The notes below the pieces were generated by a model. That model saw only the letters and a program-made list of their open reading frames with translations. It searched no databases and was not told the DNA's origin. A DNA stretch of 64,000 nucleotides from Thermoanaerobaculia bacterium (GTDB lineage: Bacteria; Acidobacteriota; Thermoanaerobaculia; Multivoradales; Multivoraceae). Location: the NCBI GenBank assembly GCA_963666565.1, contig OY762911.1, positions 1,600,001 through 1,664,000 of the forward strand, given 5' to 3'. The translations under genes were made by a program, and so were the position numbers. The stretch's first letter is position 1, and each line of letters starts with the position of its first letter. Shown here one piece after another: positions 34,420-44,670 of the stretch.

Positions 34420-34471
34420 TGCGCCGCCGATCCCTGGCCGGGCGGGCGCTTCGCCCGGATGGAGTTCGTCC

Positions 34472-35026
34472 ATGAATTGGAAACGACTGCAGAGCGTCGC
34501 CGTCGTCTGGTCGGCGGTCTTCCTGGGGCTGGCGATCCTCACGGTCGCCGGCGTCCAGATCGTCCCGCGAGGCGCTCCAGGCCTGGTCTGGGCGCTGCAC
34601 GTTCTGGTGGCGGCGGTCGGCTTCCTGTCCGGCATCGCGGCGACCCGGCGGCGAGCCGAGATCGACGTCGAGCGCTGGAAGCTGGTGGAAGACCCCGACC
34701 TCACCTCGGGCGAACGGGAACACGCCCACCGCGAGGCCGAGTCCCTGTTGCGCCGTGCCAGCGCCCAGTTCCTGCTGACCGGCGTGACCCTGGGCGGCTG
34801 GCTCGCCTACCAGTTGCGCTCCGAGCGCCCCGAAGCCGGTGCAGCGGTGACCCGCGTCCTCGGCGGCGAGGCGCCCGACGTGCCCGCCTCCGGCCAGACC
34901 CTGACCGAGGCTCTCGCGCCCGAGCCCGTCTACACCCCGAGCCCCTCCGATCTGCTGATCGCGACACCCCTGATCGCCTTCGGACTCGGCATGCTCTGGG
35001 CCCGCTACCGAGCCAGCCGCACCTAA
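34472..35026 (+). CDS. Hypothetical membrane protein
   Basis: Four hydrophobic segments; GGAG SD before ATG 34472. Confidence 0.65.
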   Translation: MNWKRLQSVAVVWSAVFLGLAILTVAGVQIVPRGAPGLVWALHVLVAAVGFLSGIAATRRRAEIDVERWKLVEDPDLTSGEREHAHREAESLLRRASAQFLLTGVTLGGWLAYQLRSERPEAGAAVTRVLGGEAPDVPASGQTLTEALAPEPVYTPSPSDLLIATPLIAFGLGMLWARYRASRT

Positions 35027-35328
35027 CGCAGTTGCGCCACCGTGGCGCCCCAGCCGCCCCCGCCCGGCCCGCCGCTCCTGAACCCGACCACCCGCGGATC
35101 CCGCTCCAGCACCTTCCGCACGATCTGCCGCTGCACCCCGACGCCTCGCCCGTGGATGATCCGCACCTCGCGGAACCCTCTCTCGTAGGCGGCGTCCAGG
35201 TAGCTCTCGACCACGTCCTTCACCTCCCGCGGCTGAAACGGATGCAGGTCGATCTCATCGCCGATGGGAACCTCGACGACGTCATCGGGCGAGAGTTCGT
35301 CTTCCGGGTTCCTTTCTGAAGAAGACAC
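35023..35328 (-). CDS. Smr/MutS2 C-terminal domain protein
   Basis: IDLH, IIHGRG and GGWGAT motifs; start approximate. Confidence 0.88.
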   Translation of the reverse strand: MSSSERNPEDELSPDDVVEVPIGDEIDLHPFQPREVKDVVESYLDAAYERGFREVRIIHGRGVGVQRQIVRKVLERDPRVVGFRSGGPGGGGWGATVAQLR

Positions 35329-35355
35329 GGGCTGGGGTTGTTCAGAGAGAATCGC

Positions 35356-35532
35356 GCAGTGAGGGGATCGGGAGGGGAGGCTCCCAGCGGACTGGAGCCA
35401 AGCGACTCCCGACGACCTTACGGCAACCGCCGTCCTGGCGGAGCGCCGGCGACCGAAGCGAGCGCTGACCTTCCCTCCACCAAGAGAGCGCGAGCGTCCG
35501 CTGGGAGCCTCCCCTCCCGATCCCCTCACTGC
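35356..35532. repeat. 177-bp palindromic element with perfect 37-bp inverted arms
   Basis: 35356-35392 is the exact reverse complement of 35496-35532. Confidence 0.85.
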
Positions 35533-35537
35533 TCCGC

Positions 35538-38483
35538 TCAGAACAGCTTCAGCACCGCAATGAAGGCGCTCCAGCCGTCGTCGGGGCCAGCCAGGGCGTG
35601 GCCGACGTCCATGTTGACGACGGTGCCCCAAGGGCCGATGAAGGTGCCGACGATGCCGGCGCCGGCGAGCAGTTCGCGGTCGAGGCCGGAGGCTGGGTCG
35701 GTGGCCCAGGCGGCGTCGCCGACGAGGTCGATGCGGAAGATCTCGCCGAGCTCGAAGCCGTAGCTCACGTGGGCGGCCGCGGCGCGTTCGGCCCGCACCT
35801 TGTCGCTCTGGTAGCCGTGGACGTTGACGTCGGAGAAGAAACCGAACTCGTACTTGCTGAACCGGTCGAGATCGCTGCCGTCGACGTACTCAAGGGCCAC
35901 GCCGAACTTCTGGAACTTCGGCAGATGCCAGGTCTTCGCGACGCCGACGTTCCAGAGCGTGTAGCTGTCCGGCGTCACGCTGCCGCCGCCCAGGCCCCAG
36001 GGCTGCCAGTCGCCGCGCAGGTTCCACGAGCCGCCGGCGACGATCCGGTAGCCCGAGCGGATGTAGCGGACGATGGCGCCGGCGCTGTGGCTCAGGTGGT
36101 CCGACGGCAGCACGAAGTCCTCCGCCGTGTCGTCGGCGCGCTGGAACTTGTTCCAGGACAGCTCGTAGCGGAGGTCGAGCTTGACGAAGCTGCCGAGCGG
36201 CCGGCCCAGGCTGAAGTCGATGTTCGGGCGCAGCCGCTCGACGCTCTCGGCCGGCGACTCGACGCCGTCGCGGTAGAGCACGTCCTCGCCCGCGAACGCC
36301 AGCGCGAAGACGTCGACCCCGGCGTCCCAGCGGGAGCCGAACAGGCTCGGGTTGGCGATGTCGGCGAGGATGAGCGGCCCGGCGATGAACAGGTCGGCCT
36401 GGGTGCCCGTGCCGCGCCAGTCGAACGACAGCCAGTTCACCCCGCCCAGCGGCAGCGGCCCGTCCTGGGCCTCGTCGTAGAAGGCGCCGCCGAGGATGAA
36501 CATCCGGGTCTTGTCGTCCTCCTTGACCACCCGTTCGCCTGTCTCCTGGTCGAGTTCCAGGTAGCGGAGGCCCGCCTCCGTGTCTCGCACCATCGTTGCC
36601 TCGGAGGCCAGGGTCGCGTCCCGGCGGGCGTCGAAGTCGGCCGGGTTGATCCGTATCCCGCTCAGCTCGATCTCGCGTTCGACGATCGTCGTCGCGTTCA
36701 GGACCGAGAACAACTGCTGCCCCACGACCCGGGTCGGCAGCCAGTAGGACGAGCGCTCCCACGCCGCCGGGCGTCCGTCCAAGTCCACCGGCGCGTAGAA
36801 CGTGGTCTCGTCGTTGGACAGGACGTCGCCGGTCAGGCCGAGTTGAACGGCGCGCGTCTTCACCCGCGCGTACGTCTCGCGGTCCACCCAGACCGTGCCG
36901 CGGAACAGGCTCCGTCCCTCGGCCAGGGCGGCCGCCGGCTCGAAGTCGACGACCCAGGCGTCGCGGCCCTCCACCGTCGCCGTGCCTCGCAGGCGGTAGC
37001 GGTACTCCCTGGTGAACGTGATCTCGGCCGGCATCGCCGCCGCCTTCTCCGGCTGGATCAGCGGGATCTCGGGGATCCGCTTGCGCCGCCAGCGAATGCC
37101 GTTGACGAAGAAGCTGTCCCAGGCCCAGTCGAAGCCCGCGCCCTGGCGGAAGAAGAAGGGACCCTGGAAGGTCGCGTCCACCGACTGGACGCCGGTTCCG
37201 AGCTGGAAGCGGAGCGACGTCGTGTTCGTGGCGCTGTAGTTCGCGATCCGCCGCGACTGGTCGTCCTCGAAGGCCTGGAGCCGCCGCAGGATCTCGCCGA
37301 CCGGGATGCGGCGGGTGTCGGCGACCGTCAGCGCGTCCTCGATGCTCTCGGTTCCGTCGAGTCCGACCGCCAGATCCCGTTCGAGCCGGAAGACGAAGGG
37401 CTCCGCGGCGTCCCTCAGTTCGAGCTCGTAGCCGTTCCGGGTCCGGCGTCCGCCGAAGACGAGGTCCGATTCGCCGGTCGCCGGGTCGAACCGGGCCGGC
37501 GAGCCGATCTGCCGGTCGCCGAAGCGGAGCGTGAACGGGCCGCCCGTGTCGGGCGGCGAGAGGACGACCCGCAGGCTGAGGTCCTCGCCGCGCACGAAGC
37601 TCCAGGCGTCGGCGCCGGCTGGCGTGGAGTAGGGGTCGAAGGCGACGTCGCCCGAGAACTCCTGGGCGATCAGGCGGGCGTCGCGGACCGTCGCGGCGTC
37701 GGCGGCGGCTTCGCCGGAGAGCTCGAAGAACGAGAGGGAGGCGCCCGCCTCGGCTTCGGCGGCCGCGCGCACCAGCGCCTCGCCGGCCTCGCCGGACGCC
37801 GGGCCGGCCTCGACGGCGACGAGCGCGTCCGGGTCGAGTTCCCGGATGAGCTGCTTCAGTTCGGCAATGCCGGCCGCGCGGCCGGCGCCGGTCCCGCGGC
37901 CAGCCCGGAACGAGACTCCGTCGATGTAGGCGTCGAGTTCCTGGGCGTAGAGGGCGCGGACCAGTTCCGGGTCGGGCGGCAGAGGCTCGGTGACGACGGT
38001 GGCGTCCGGCTGGGCGCCGGTGACGGCGACGGACGCCCGCTTCAGCGCCAGGGCGTACTCCTGGACGGTCGACGGCTCGTTCAGGAGCTCGCCGGGCCAG
38101 ACGAGCTGGAAGAAGGCGCCGGCCTGCGCGGATCGGGCGAGGTCGGCGAGCCGTTCGAGTTCCGGCGTCAGGTCGTCGCCGCCGTCCGCGGCCGGCGGCG
38201 GCGCGGCGAAGCGCACCGCGTACCACGGCAGCGCGCCCGCCGCCGCGAGGGTCGATGCGGCCTCGCGCGCGGCCGTTGCCGCCGCGTCGTCCACGAGATC
38301 CACCGGCCACTTGACGACCAGCACGGCTTCCTCCGGCAGTGCCGGCAGCGTACCCAGAAGGTCCGCGACGGCAGCCGGGTTGCCGGTCGCCAGGCCGACG
38401 CAGGGGTTGCAGGGCAACTGCGCCAGCGCCGGCAGGGCGCCCGCAAGGAGGAGCAGGGTCGCGACGGTTGTTCGTCTGAGCAT
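35538..38483 (-). CDS. Large exported protein with a probable C-terminal outer-membrane beta-barrel
   Basis: Signal peptide; amphipathic strands; terminal Phe (LKLF). Confidence 0.7.
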   Translation of the reverse strand: MLRRTTVATLLLLAGALPALAQLPCNPCVGLATGNPAAVADLLGTLPALPEEAVLVVKWPVDLVDDAAATAAREAASTLAAAGALPWYAVRFAAPPPAADGGDDLTPELERLADLARSAQAGAFFQLVWPGELLNEPSTVQEYALALKRASVAVTGAQPDATVVTEPLPPDPELVRALYAQELDAYIDGVSFRAGRGTGAGRAAGIAELKQLIRELDPDALVAVEAGPASGEAGEALVRAAAEAEAGASLSFFELSGEAAADAATVRDARLIAQEFSGDVAFDPYSTPAGADAWSFVRGEDLSLRVVLSPPDTGGPFTLRFGDRQIGSPARFDPATGESDLVFGGRRTRNGYELELRDAAEPFVFRLERDLAVGLDGTESIEDALTVADTRRIPVGEILRRLQAFEDDQSRRIANYSATNTTSLRFQLGTGVQSVDATFQGPFFFRQGAGFDWAWDSFFVNGIRWRRKRIPEIPLIQPEKAAAMPAEITFTREYRYRLRGTATVEGRDAWVVDFEPAAALAEGRSLFRGTVWVDRETYARVKTRAVQLGLTGDVLSNDETTFYAPVDLDGRPAAWERSSYWLPTRVVGQQLFSVLNATTIVEREIELSGIRINPADFDARRDATLASEATMVRDTEAGLRYLELDQETGERVVKEDDKTRMFILGGAFYDEAQDGPLPLGGVNWLSFDWRGTGTQADLFIAGPLILADIANPSLFGSRWDAGVDVFALAFAGEDVLYRDGVESPAESVERLRPNIDFSLGRPLGSFVKLDLRYELSWNKFQRADDTAEDFVLPSDHLSHSAGAIVRYIRSGYRIVAGGSWNLRGDWQPWGLGGGSVTPDSYTLWNVGVAKTWHLPKFQKFGVALEYVDGSDLDRFSKYEFGFFSDVNVHGYQSDKVRAERAAAAHVSYGFELGEIFRIDLVGDAAWATDPASGLDRELLAGAGIVGTFIGPWGTVVNMDVGHALAGPDDGWSAFIAVLKLF

Positions 38484-38498
38484 TGGCTATCGGATCCT

Positions 38499-39527
38499 CT
38501 ACGATGGTTCGCTAGTTCGTGTTTCTCCGGCGCGGCGCCAGAACTCGTCAGCCAGATCGCCGGCGAGCACGATCTCGGGCCGCAGCTCGACGTCGAAGCG
38601 GTCCCGCACGGCCTGGTGAGCAGCGACCATCAGGTCGAGAACGTCGGCGGCGCGGGCGTTCTTCCGGTTGACGATCACGTTCGCGTGGCGTCGGCTGATC
38701 TCGGCGCCGCCGGCCCGCATGCCCTTCAGGCCGCAGGCCTCGATCAGGCGGCCGGCGTAGTCGCCCTCCGGGTTGCGGAACACGGAGCCGGCGTTCGGCT
38801 TGCCGGAGGGCAGGCTCAGCCAGCGGCGGCGGTTCAGTTCGTCGATCCGCCCGAGCGCGGCGTCGCCGTCGCCGCGCCGCAGCCTGAACTCGGCGCGGGC
38901 GACCACCGCGTCCGTGCCCTGAAGGTTCGTCGTCCGGTAGCCCGGCTCGAGGTCCGCGGCGGCGAGCGTCTCGACGGGACGCCCCGGCCGCGCCACCCGC
39001 ACTTCGGCGAGCACGTCGCGGATCTCCGTGCCGTAGCAGCCGGCGTTCATCACGACGGCGCCGCCGACGGTCGAGGGGAAGCCGGCCAGCGCCTCCAGCC
39101 CGAGCAGGCCCTGCTTCGCGGTGTCCCGGGCCAGCCTCGCGAGGGTGGCGCCGGCGCCTGCGCGGACCGTCTCGCCCTCCACCTCGACCTGTTCCAGCTC
39201 GCCGCGAAGGCGGCAAACGACGCCGCTCATGCCGGCGTCCGGAAACAGCACGTTCGAGCCGTGGCCGTGGACGTGCAGCGGCAGCCCGGCGTCGCGGGCC
39301 GCCGTCAGCACGCCGGCGAGCGCCGCCTCCGCGTCGACCCGCACGAACAGCTCGGCCGGGCCGCCGATCCGCAGCGTCGCGACCGAGGCGAGCGGCGCGG
39401 CCTCGCGCACCTCGACGCCGGGGATCGAGGCGAGCCGATCCCGGGTTTTCCGGTTGACGCCTTCGGGGGGCTGCAATACGCTGACCGCTCCCTTGCCGAT
39501 GTTGGCTGTCACGTTCTTCCACGCCAC
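38499..39527 (-). CDS. murB: UDP-N-acetylenolpyruvoylglucosamine reductase
   Basis: RIGGPA, GSN, GGAVVMNAG, AGSVFRNP, HAN. Confidence 0.95.
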   Translation of the reverse strand: MAWKNVTANIGKGAVSVLQPPEGVNRKTRDRLASIPGVEVREAAPLASVATLRIGGPAELFVRVDAEAALAGVLTAARDAGLPLHVHGHGSNVLFPDAGMSGVVCRLRGELEQVEVEGETVRAGAGATLARLARDTAKQGLLGLEALAGFPSTVGGAVVMNAGCYGTEIRDVLAEVRVARPGRPVETLAAADLEPGYRTTNLQGTDAVVARAEFRLRRGDGDAALGRIDELNRRRWLSLPSGKPNAGSVFRNPEGDYAGRLIEACGLKGMRAGGAEISRRHANVIVNRKNARAADVLDLMVAAHQAVRDRFDVELRPEIVLAGDLADEFWRRAGETRTSEPS

Positions 39528-39734
39528 GTCGCCGAGCGTCCGCAGCGGCCAACTCCCGAGCTCCGTTCAACCGTCTGACGATCCGGGAGAACGCCGAACC
39601 GGTCGCGCGGGAGTATAGCCACGCGCAGTTCCGGCCATGCCGTCGGGGCGGCGCCGCGGCGGCTTTCCGGGGCGCGACGCCGGCAACCTCTACGGCCCTC
39701 CATGCCCCACCAGCAAAACAGGAGAAAGCGAACC

Positions 39735-40811
39735 ATGAAGCAGAGCCGCGCGAACGGAAAGAAGGGAGCGGGCCGGCAGGAGGCCATCTCGGGCGCGTTG
39801 ACCCAGATCGAACGGCAGTTCGGCAAGGGGGCGATCATGCGCCTGGGCGAACAGGAGAACCTCGGCATCGAGTCCATCTCGACCGGATCGCTCGCCGTCG
39901 ACCACGCCATCGGCACCGGCGGATTCCCGCGGGGCCGGGTGGTCGAGGTGTACGGCCCGGAGTCGAGCGGCAAGACGACGCTCGCCCTGTCGGTCACGGG
40001 GCAGGCGCAGCGCGCCGGCGGCACCGCCGCCTTCATCGACGCCGAGCACGCCCTCGACGCCGAGTACGCCGAGAAGATCGGCGTCAACATCGACGAGCTC
40101 CTCGTCTCGCAGCCGGACAGCGGCGAGCAGGCGCTCGAGATCGCCGAGATGCTGGTGCGCTCGAACGCGCTCGACATCGTCGTCATCGACTCGGTCGCCG
40201 CGCTGGTTCCGCGGGCCGAACTCGAAGGCGAGATGGGCGACTCCCACGTCGGCCTGCAGGCGCGGCTGATGTCCCAGGCGCTCCGCAAGCTGACGGCGAT
40301 CGTCGCCAAGTCGAGGACGACCCTCGTCTTCATCAACCAGATCCGCGAGAAGATCGGCGTCATGTTCGGCTCGCCCGAGACGACGACCGGCGGCCGCGCA
40401 CTCAAGTTCTACTCCTCCGTCCGCATCGACATCCGGCGCATCGCGGCGCTCAAGGACGGCGACCAGGTCGTCGGTTCGCGGGTCCGGGTCAAGGTGGTGA
40501 AGAACAAGGTCGCGCCGCCGTTCCGGGTCGCCGAGTTCGATATCGACTACGGCGAGGGCATCTCGCGCGTCGGCGAACTGATCGACCTCGGGGTCCAGCA
40601 CAAGCGGGTCATGAAGAGCGGCGCCTGGTTCTCGGCCGGCGACACGAGGCTCGGCCAGGGCCGCGAGAACGCGAAGCAGTTCCTGCGCGACAACGGCGAC
40701 CTCGCCGACGAGATCGAAGGCCACCTCCGCGGCGAACTCGGTTTGCCGCCCATCGTCGTTGCGGGCGCCGACGCCAGCGGCGGCGAGCAGGCCGCGGCGG
40801 CGGCCGGATAG
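39735..40811 (+). CDS. recA: Recombinase A
   Basis: GPESSGKT and [17 protein letters not shown]. Confidence 0.98.
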   Translation: MKQSRANGKKGAGRQEAISGALTQIERQFGKGAIMRLGEQENLGIESISTGSLAVDHAIGTGGFPRGRVVEVYGPESSGKTTLALSVTGQAQRAGGTAAFIDAEHALDAEYAEKIGVNIDELLVSQPDSGEQALEIAEMLVRSNALDIVVIDSVAALVPRAELEGEMGDSHVGLQARLMSQALRKLTAIVAKSRTTLVFINQIREKIGVMFGSPETTTGGRALKFYSSVRIDIRRIAALKDGDQVVGSRVRVKVVKNKVAPPFRVAEFDIDYGEGISRVGELIDLGVQHKRVMKSGAWFSAGDTRLGQGRENAKQFLRDNGDLADEIEGHLRGELGLPPIVVAGADASGGEQAAAAAG

Positions 40812-40846
40812 CGGCGGCGGCTCCCGCCTTCGGCTGGACGTCCGCC

Positions 40847-40870
40847 GGGTGCGCGGGTCTTCTGACCCGC
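40847..40870 (+). repeat. REP copy downstream of recA
   Basis: One mismatch to the 24-mer. Confidence 0.8.
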
Positions 40871-40947
40871 TCTCGGGCGAAGCCGCTTGGGACAGGCTAT
40901 TCTCTGGGCCGCGCGGAGAGATTCCGGATCGAGCGAAGGGAGAGGTC

Positions 40948-41499
40948 ATGAAGAAGATCGAGAATCGGGCATGGTTGCGGCGGCCGGTCGTCGCGTTGAC
41001 GTTCGTGGCGGCAGCCCTGTCGCTGCTGGCCGCTTGCGGCGGCGGCGAGGGCGGAGTCGCCGGGGCGCGGGCCGGCTTCATCGCGGAGATGGGTTCGTTC
41101 TCGGTCGTGCAGCCTCCCGCGGCCGCGGAGGAGGCGACCGAAGGCGCCGAGGCGGAGGCCGAGGCGGCCGCCGACGCCGAAGGGACCGAGGAATCGGCCG
41201 AACCGGTTGAACCCGCGACGGTGACGGTCCTGCTCGACTTCCTGATTCACAACGAGGGCGCCGGCGCCCTCGACGGCGTCACCGTCGACCTCACGATCGC
41301 CGGCCCGGACGGCAACGAGAAGGAGCGCCGCCTCCTCTGGGTCGAAACCGCCGGCCTGACCAAGGGCTCGCAGCGGCAGGTCGCCCACGAACTGACCGAC
41401 GTCGCCTACGTCGACGGCGACGGCTTCCACGTCGAAGTCCGTCACCCGATCCCGATGGAAGAACGCGGCGACTACCGGGAGTTCGACGCCGAGAACTGA
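40948..41499 (+). CDS. Hypothetical lipoprotein
   Basis: Lipobox LAAC; GAGG SD before ATG 40948. Confidence 0.7.
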   Translation: MKKIENRAWLRRPVVALTFVAAALSLLAACGGGEGGVAGARAGFIAEMGSFSVVQPPAAAEEATEGAEAEAEAAADAEGTEESAEPVEPATVTVLLDFLIHNEGAGALDGVTVDLTIAGPDGNEKERRLLWVETAGLTKGSQRQVAHELTDVAYVDGDGFHVEVRHPIPMEERGDYREFDAEN

Positions 41500-41525
41500 G
41501 GTCCTCTGCAGGCCGACAACGACCA

Positions 41526-41699
41526 GTCCGCGGCGGGATGCGGGGAGGGTCCCAGCGGGCTAGAGACGAGCGACTGCCCGCGACCCTCCATCGATCTCCG
41601 ACGCGGCGGAGCGAAGTCGACCGCAGCGAACCCCCAACCCCCCATTCACCAAGAGGGGGTGAGCGTCCGCTGGGACCCTCCCCGCATCCCGCCGCGGAC
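41526..41699. repeat. 174-bp palindromic element with 33-bp inverted arms; same family as 35356-35532
   Basis: 41526-41558 is the reverse complement of 41667-41699; shared interior motifs. Confidence 0.85.
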
Positions 41700-41716
41700 G
41701 GGTACCCGCCGCGACG

Positions 41717-43141
41717 TCAGTACGCGTTCTCTCTCAGCCCGCGGCGCAGCGTCAGCCACAGGATCTGGAGGTCGAGGCGGAGGCTCCAGTTTTCGATGTA
41801 GTAGAGGTCGTACTGGATGCGCTTGCGGATGGAGGTGTTGCCGCGCCAGCCGTGGACCTGGGCCCAGCCGGTGAGGCCGGACTTGACGCGGTGGCGGAGC
41901 ATGTAGTTCGGGATCTTGTCGCGGAACTCGCGGACGAAGGCGGGGCGTTCGGGGCGGGGACCGACGAAGGACATGTCGCCCAGGAAGATGTTCCAGATCT
42001 GGGGCAGCTCGTCGAGCGACCAGCGGCGCAGGAAGGCGCCGAAGCGGGTGCGCCGGGGGTCGTCCTCCGTTGCCCAGACCGGGCCGGTCTTCGATTCCGC
42101 GCCGACTCGCATCGAGCGGAACTTCAGGATCATGAAGGAGCGGCCGTCCAGGCCCATCCGCTCCTGGCGGTAGAAGAGCGGCCCCCGGTCCTCCAGCTTG
42201 ATCAGCAGCGCCACGACCGGCAGGAAGGGCAGCAGCGCGACCATCGCGCCGGCCGCGAGGACGATGTCCAGCGTACGCTTGGCCAGGCTCGACCAGCCCT
42301 CCATCGGCACGTGCGAGAGGTTGATGACCGGCGTGCCGTCGACGTCCTCGATCTCGGCCCGCAGGGTCGCGTACTGCAGGACGTTCGGGACGAGCCGAAT
42401 CTCGATCAGTTCGTTGCCGATGCGGTCGAGCAGGTCGAGGATCTTGCGGTGGGCGGCGAAGGGCAGGGCGATCATCACCTGGTCGACGCCGTTCCGTTCG
42501 ATCGTCTCCTCGAGTTCGTCCAGGGCGCCCAGGACCGGCACGCCGGCGGGTGCCGCGTGCCGCTTCTCCGGGTCGTCGTCGAGGAAGCCGACGACCTCGT
42601 AGCCGAGTTCCCGGTGGCGCACCAGCTTGGCCGCGATCTCCTCGCCGCTGTCGCCGGCGCCGACGATCAGGATGCGGCGCACGTTGTGGCCGCCGCGGCG
42701 AACCGTGCGCAGGACGGCGCGGGTGACAAGCCGCAGGAGCGCGACGAGGAAGATGTCGGTCGCGATGAACAGGGCGAAGAACGCCCGGCTATAGGAGAAG
42801 GGGTCGTCCGAGCCGGCCTGGGTCAGGCGGTCGAACGTCAGGACCGAGGTCAGGATGACCAGCGCCAGGATGGTGGCGACGACGATGCTGATCGTCTCGT
42901 CCACCCGGCTGTGCCCCCGGCGGATGCGGTAGAGGCCGTGGAAGTAGAAGACCGTGGGCCAGATCAGGACGATGAACGGCAGCATCCTGAGGTAGGGCTC
43001 GAAGTCGGGCACCGACTTCGTGATTTCGATGACCGGCTGGACGAACCGCAGGTACCAGGCCAGGAAGAAGGCGCCGACGGTCGCGGCGATGTCCGTGCCG
43101 AGGTTGAGGGCGGCGGTGACGCGAAGTTGCCTGTGGAGCAC
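41717..43141 (-). CDS. Undecaprenyl-phosphate glucose phosphotransferase (WcaJ-like)
   Basis: KFRSM, SLDELPQ, VGPRP and GLTGWAQV. Confidence 0.93.
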   Translation of the reverse strand: MLHRQLRVTAALNLGTDIAATVGAFFLAWYLRFVQPVIEITKSVPDFEPYLRMLPFIVLIWPTVFYFHGLYRIRRGHSRVDETISIVVATILALVILTSVLTFDRLTQAGSDDPFSYSRAFFALFIATDIFLVALLRLVTRAVLRTVRRGGHNVRRILIVGAGDSGEEIAAKLVRHRELGYEVVGFLDDDPEKRHAAPAGVPVLGALDELEETIERNGVDQVMIALPFAAHRKILDLLDRIGNELIEIRLVPNVLQYATLRAEIEDVDGTPVINLSHVPMEGWSSLAKRTLDIVLAAGAMVALLPFLPVVALLIKLEDRGPLFYRQERMGLDGRSFMILKFRSMRVGAESKTGPVWATEDDPRRTRFGAFLRRWSLDELPQIWNIFLGDMSFVGPRPERPAFVREFRDKIPNYMLRHRVKSGLTGWAQVHGWRGNTSIRKRIQYDLYYIENWSLRLDLQILWLTLRRGLRENAY

Positions 43142-43249
43142 GGTCTTCAGTCCTGCGGGGCCGGCGCCGCTCGGTCGCGCGCGCGCCGGATGCTAGCAGT
43201 CCGCGCGGCGCCCGAGCCGCGCTGACGGGCATGGAACTGGCTGTCCGCC

Positions 43250-43323
43250 GGGTGCGCGGGTCCTCCGACCCGCTGGGTGCGCGGGTCTTCCGACCCGCTG
43301 GGTGCGCGGGTCTTCCGACCCGC
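43250..43323 (+). repeat. Three tandem REP copies, 25-bp period
   Basis: Units separated by a single T. Confidence 0.9.
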
Positions 43324-43343
43324 CCGGATGAACGCGCCGGCCG

Positions 43344-44489
43344 TCAGGCCGGCGCCCTTCCGGCGAGAACCTCGCGGTAGATGTCGAGGGTGCTCCCGGC
43401 GGTCCTGTCCCAACGAAAACGGGAGGACCGTTCGGCGCCGCGCTCGGCCAGGCGCCTCGCGTGGTCGCGGTCGGTCATGCAGAGCTCGATCGCGTCCGCG
43501 ATCTCCTCGACCTCGAGCGGGTTGACGAGTTCCGCGTAGCCCTTCGCGATCTCCTTGAGCGACGAGGTGTTCGAGGTGACGACCGGCACGCCCGAGGCCA
43601 TCGCCTCGGCGACCGGCAGTCCGAAGCCCTCGTACAGGGTGGGGTAGAGGAACAGGCTCGCCCCCTGGTACAGGGCCGGAAGGACCTCGCCGTCCACGTG
43701 GCCGAGCAGGCGGATGCGGTCGCCGATCCCGAGCTGGCGGGCCCGGCGTTCCAGCTTGAAGTCGCTGCCGGGCCGGGCGCCGACGCAGACGAGCGGCGCC
43801 TCGAAGCCGGCACGCGACCGGGCCCGCGCGTAGGCCTTGATCACCCGGTCGAGGTTCTTGTGGGGCTTCGGGTTGCCGACGAACAGCAGGTAGGGCCGGC
43901 TGACGCCGGCGCCGTCCAGGGCGGCGCCGAGTTCGTCGTCCGCGAGCGGCCGGCGGAAGCGGTCCTCGACGCCGTTGTAGACGACGCGGACCTTCTCGGG
44001 GTCGACGCGGAAGTAGTTGAGTACGTCGTCGCGCGTGTTGCGCGACACGGCGACGATCCGGTCGGCCCGGGCGACGCTGTGGCGGAACATCCCCTGGGCG
44101 TACAGGGACGCGGCGCGGTTGGGCAGAAAGCCGGGATAGAGCAGGTGGATGATGTCGTGGATCGTGACCACCGTCGGGCAGGGCACGATCGCCGGCAGGA
44201 CGTAGTGGGTGGCGTGGTAGAGGTCCAGCCGGGACCGCGAGATGCGCCAGGTCATCGTCCCGATCTCGCGCAGCGAGTACACCGGCGCGCGTTCGACGAC
44301 GCACCGGAAGTTCGGCGGCAGGTCGGCCGCGAAGTTCCGGTCCTCGGGCCGCACGAACAGGACGTACTCGTTGCCGCCGCCGGCGCCGCCCGCGGCCTCG
44401 ATGCTGGCCAGGCCGCGGATGAGGTTCGCGACGTAGACGCCGATGCCGAAGTCGCGCACCTTGCGGGCGTCGATGCCGATCCTCGCCAC
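43344..44489 (-). CDS. GT4 glycosyltransferase
   Basis: TIHD, KN and EGFGLPVAEAMASG. Confidence 0.92.
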   Translation of the reverse strand: MARIGIDARKVRDFGIGVYVANLIRGLASIEAAGGAGGGNEYVLFVRPEDRNFAADLPPNFRCVVERAPVYSLREIGTMTWRISRSRLDLYHATHYVLPAIVPCPTVVTIHDIIHLLYPGFLPNRAASLYAQGMFRHSVARADRIVAVSRNTRDDVLNYFRVDPEKVRVVYNGVEDRFRRPLADDELGAALDGAGVSRPYLLFVGNPKPHKNLDRVIKAYARARSRAGFEAPLVCVGARPGSDFKLERRARQLGIGDRIRLLGHVDGEVLPALYQGASLFLYPTLYEGFGLPVAEAMASGVPVVTSNTSSLKEIAKGYAELVNPLEVEEIADAIELCMTDRDHARRLAERGAERSSRFRWDRTAGSTLDIYREVLAGRAPA

Positions 44490-44528
44490 GGGGCAAGCCT
44501 AGCGCCGCGCTGCCGGGCGCGGCAGCCG

Positions 44529-44558
44529 TTGACAAGTGGTGGCGACCGTTCGTAGCCT
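44529..44558 (+). promoter_or_regulatory. Sigma70-like promoter of the yceD-rpmF-plsX-fab operon
   Basis: TTGACA-N18-TAGCCT. Confidence 0.55.
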
Positions 44559-44670
44559 TCCGGGTTTGCGCGGCGGCCGCCTTGCCGGAGTCGCGGCGGT
44601 CCGTGAACGAGACGGCGCGGGAGAGGCGGCTCGCGGTTCGAGACGGCGGACGTCTGACGGTGAGAATGGG

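Noticed and set aside
39589-39600. GAAC-gcc-GAAC upstream of recA as a LexA box
   Set aside because: Spacing is N3, not the GAAC-N7-GAAC direct repeat or the GAAC-N4-GTTC palindrome
43250-43323. Tandem palindromic 24-mers (also 49678-49755) as a CRISPR array
   Set aside because: Spacers are only 1-3 bp, there are no cas genes, and the unit is the dispersed REP
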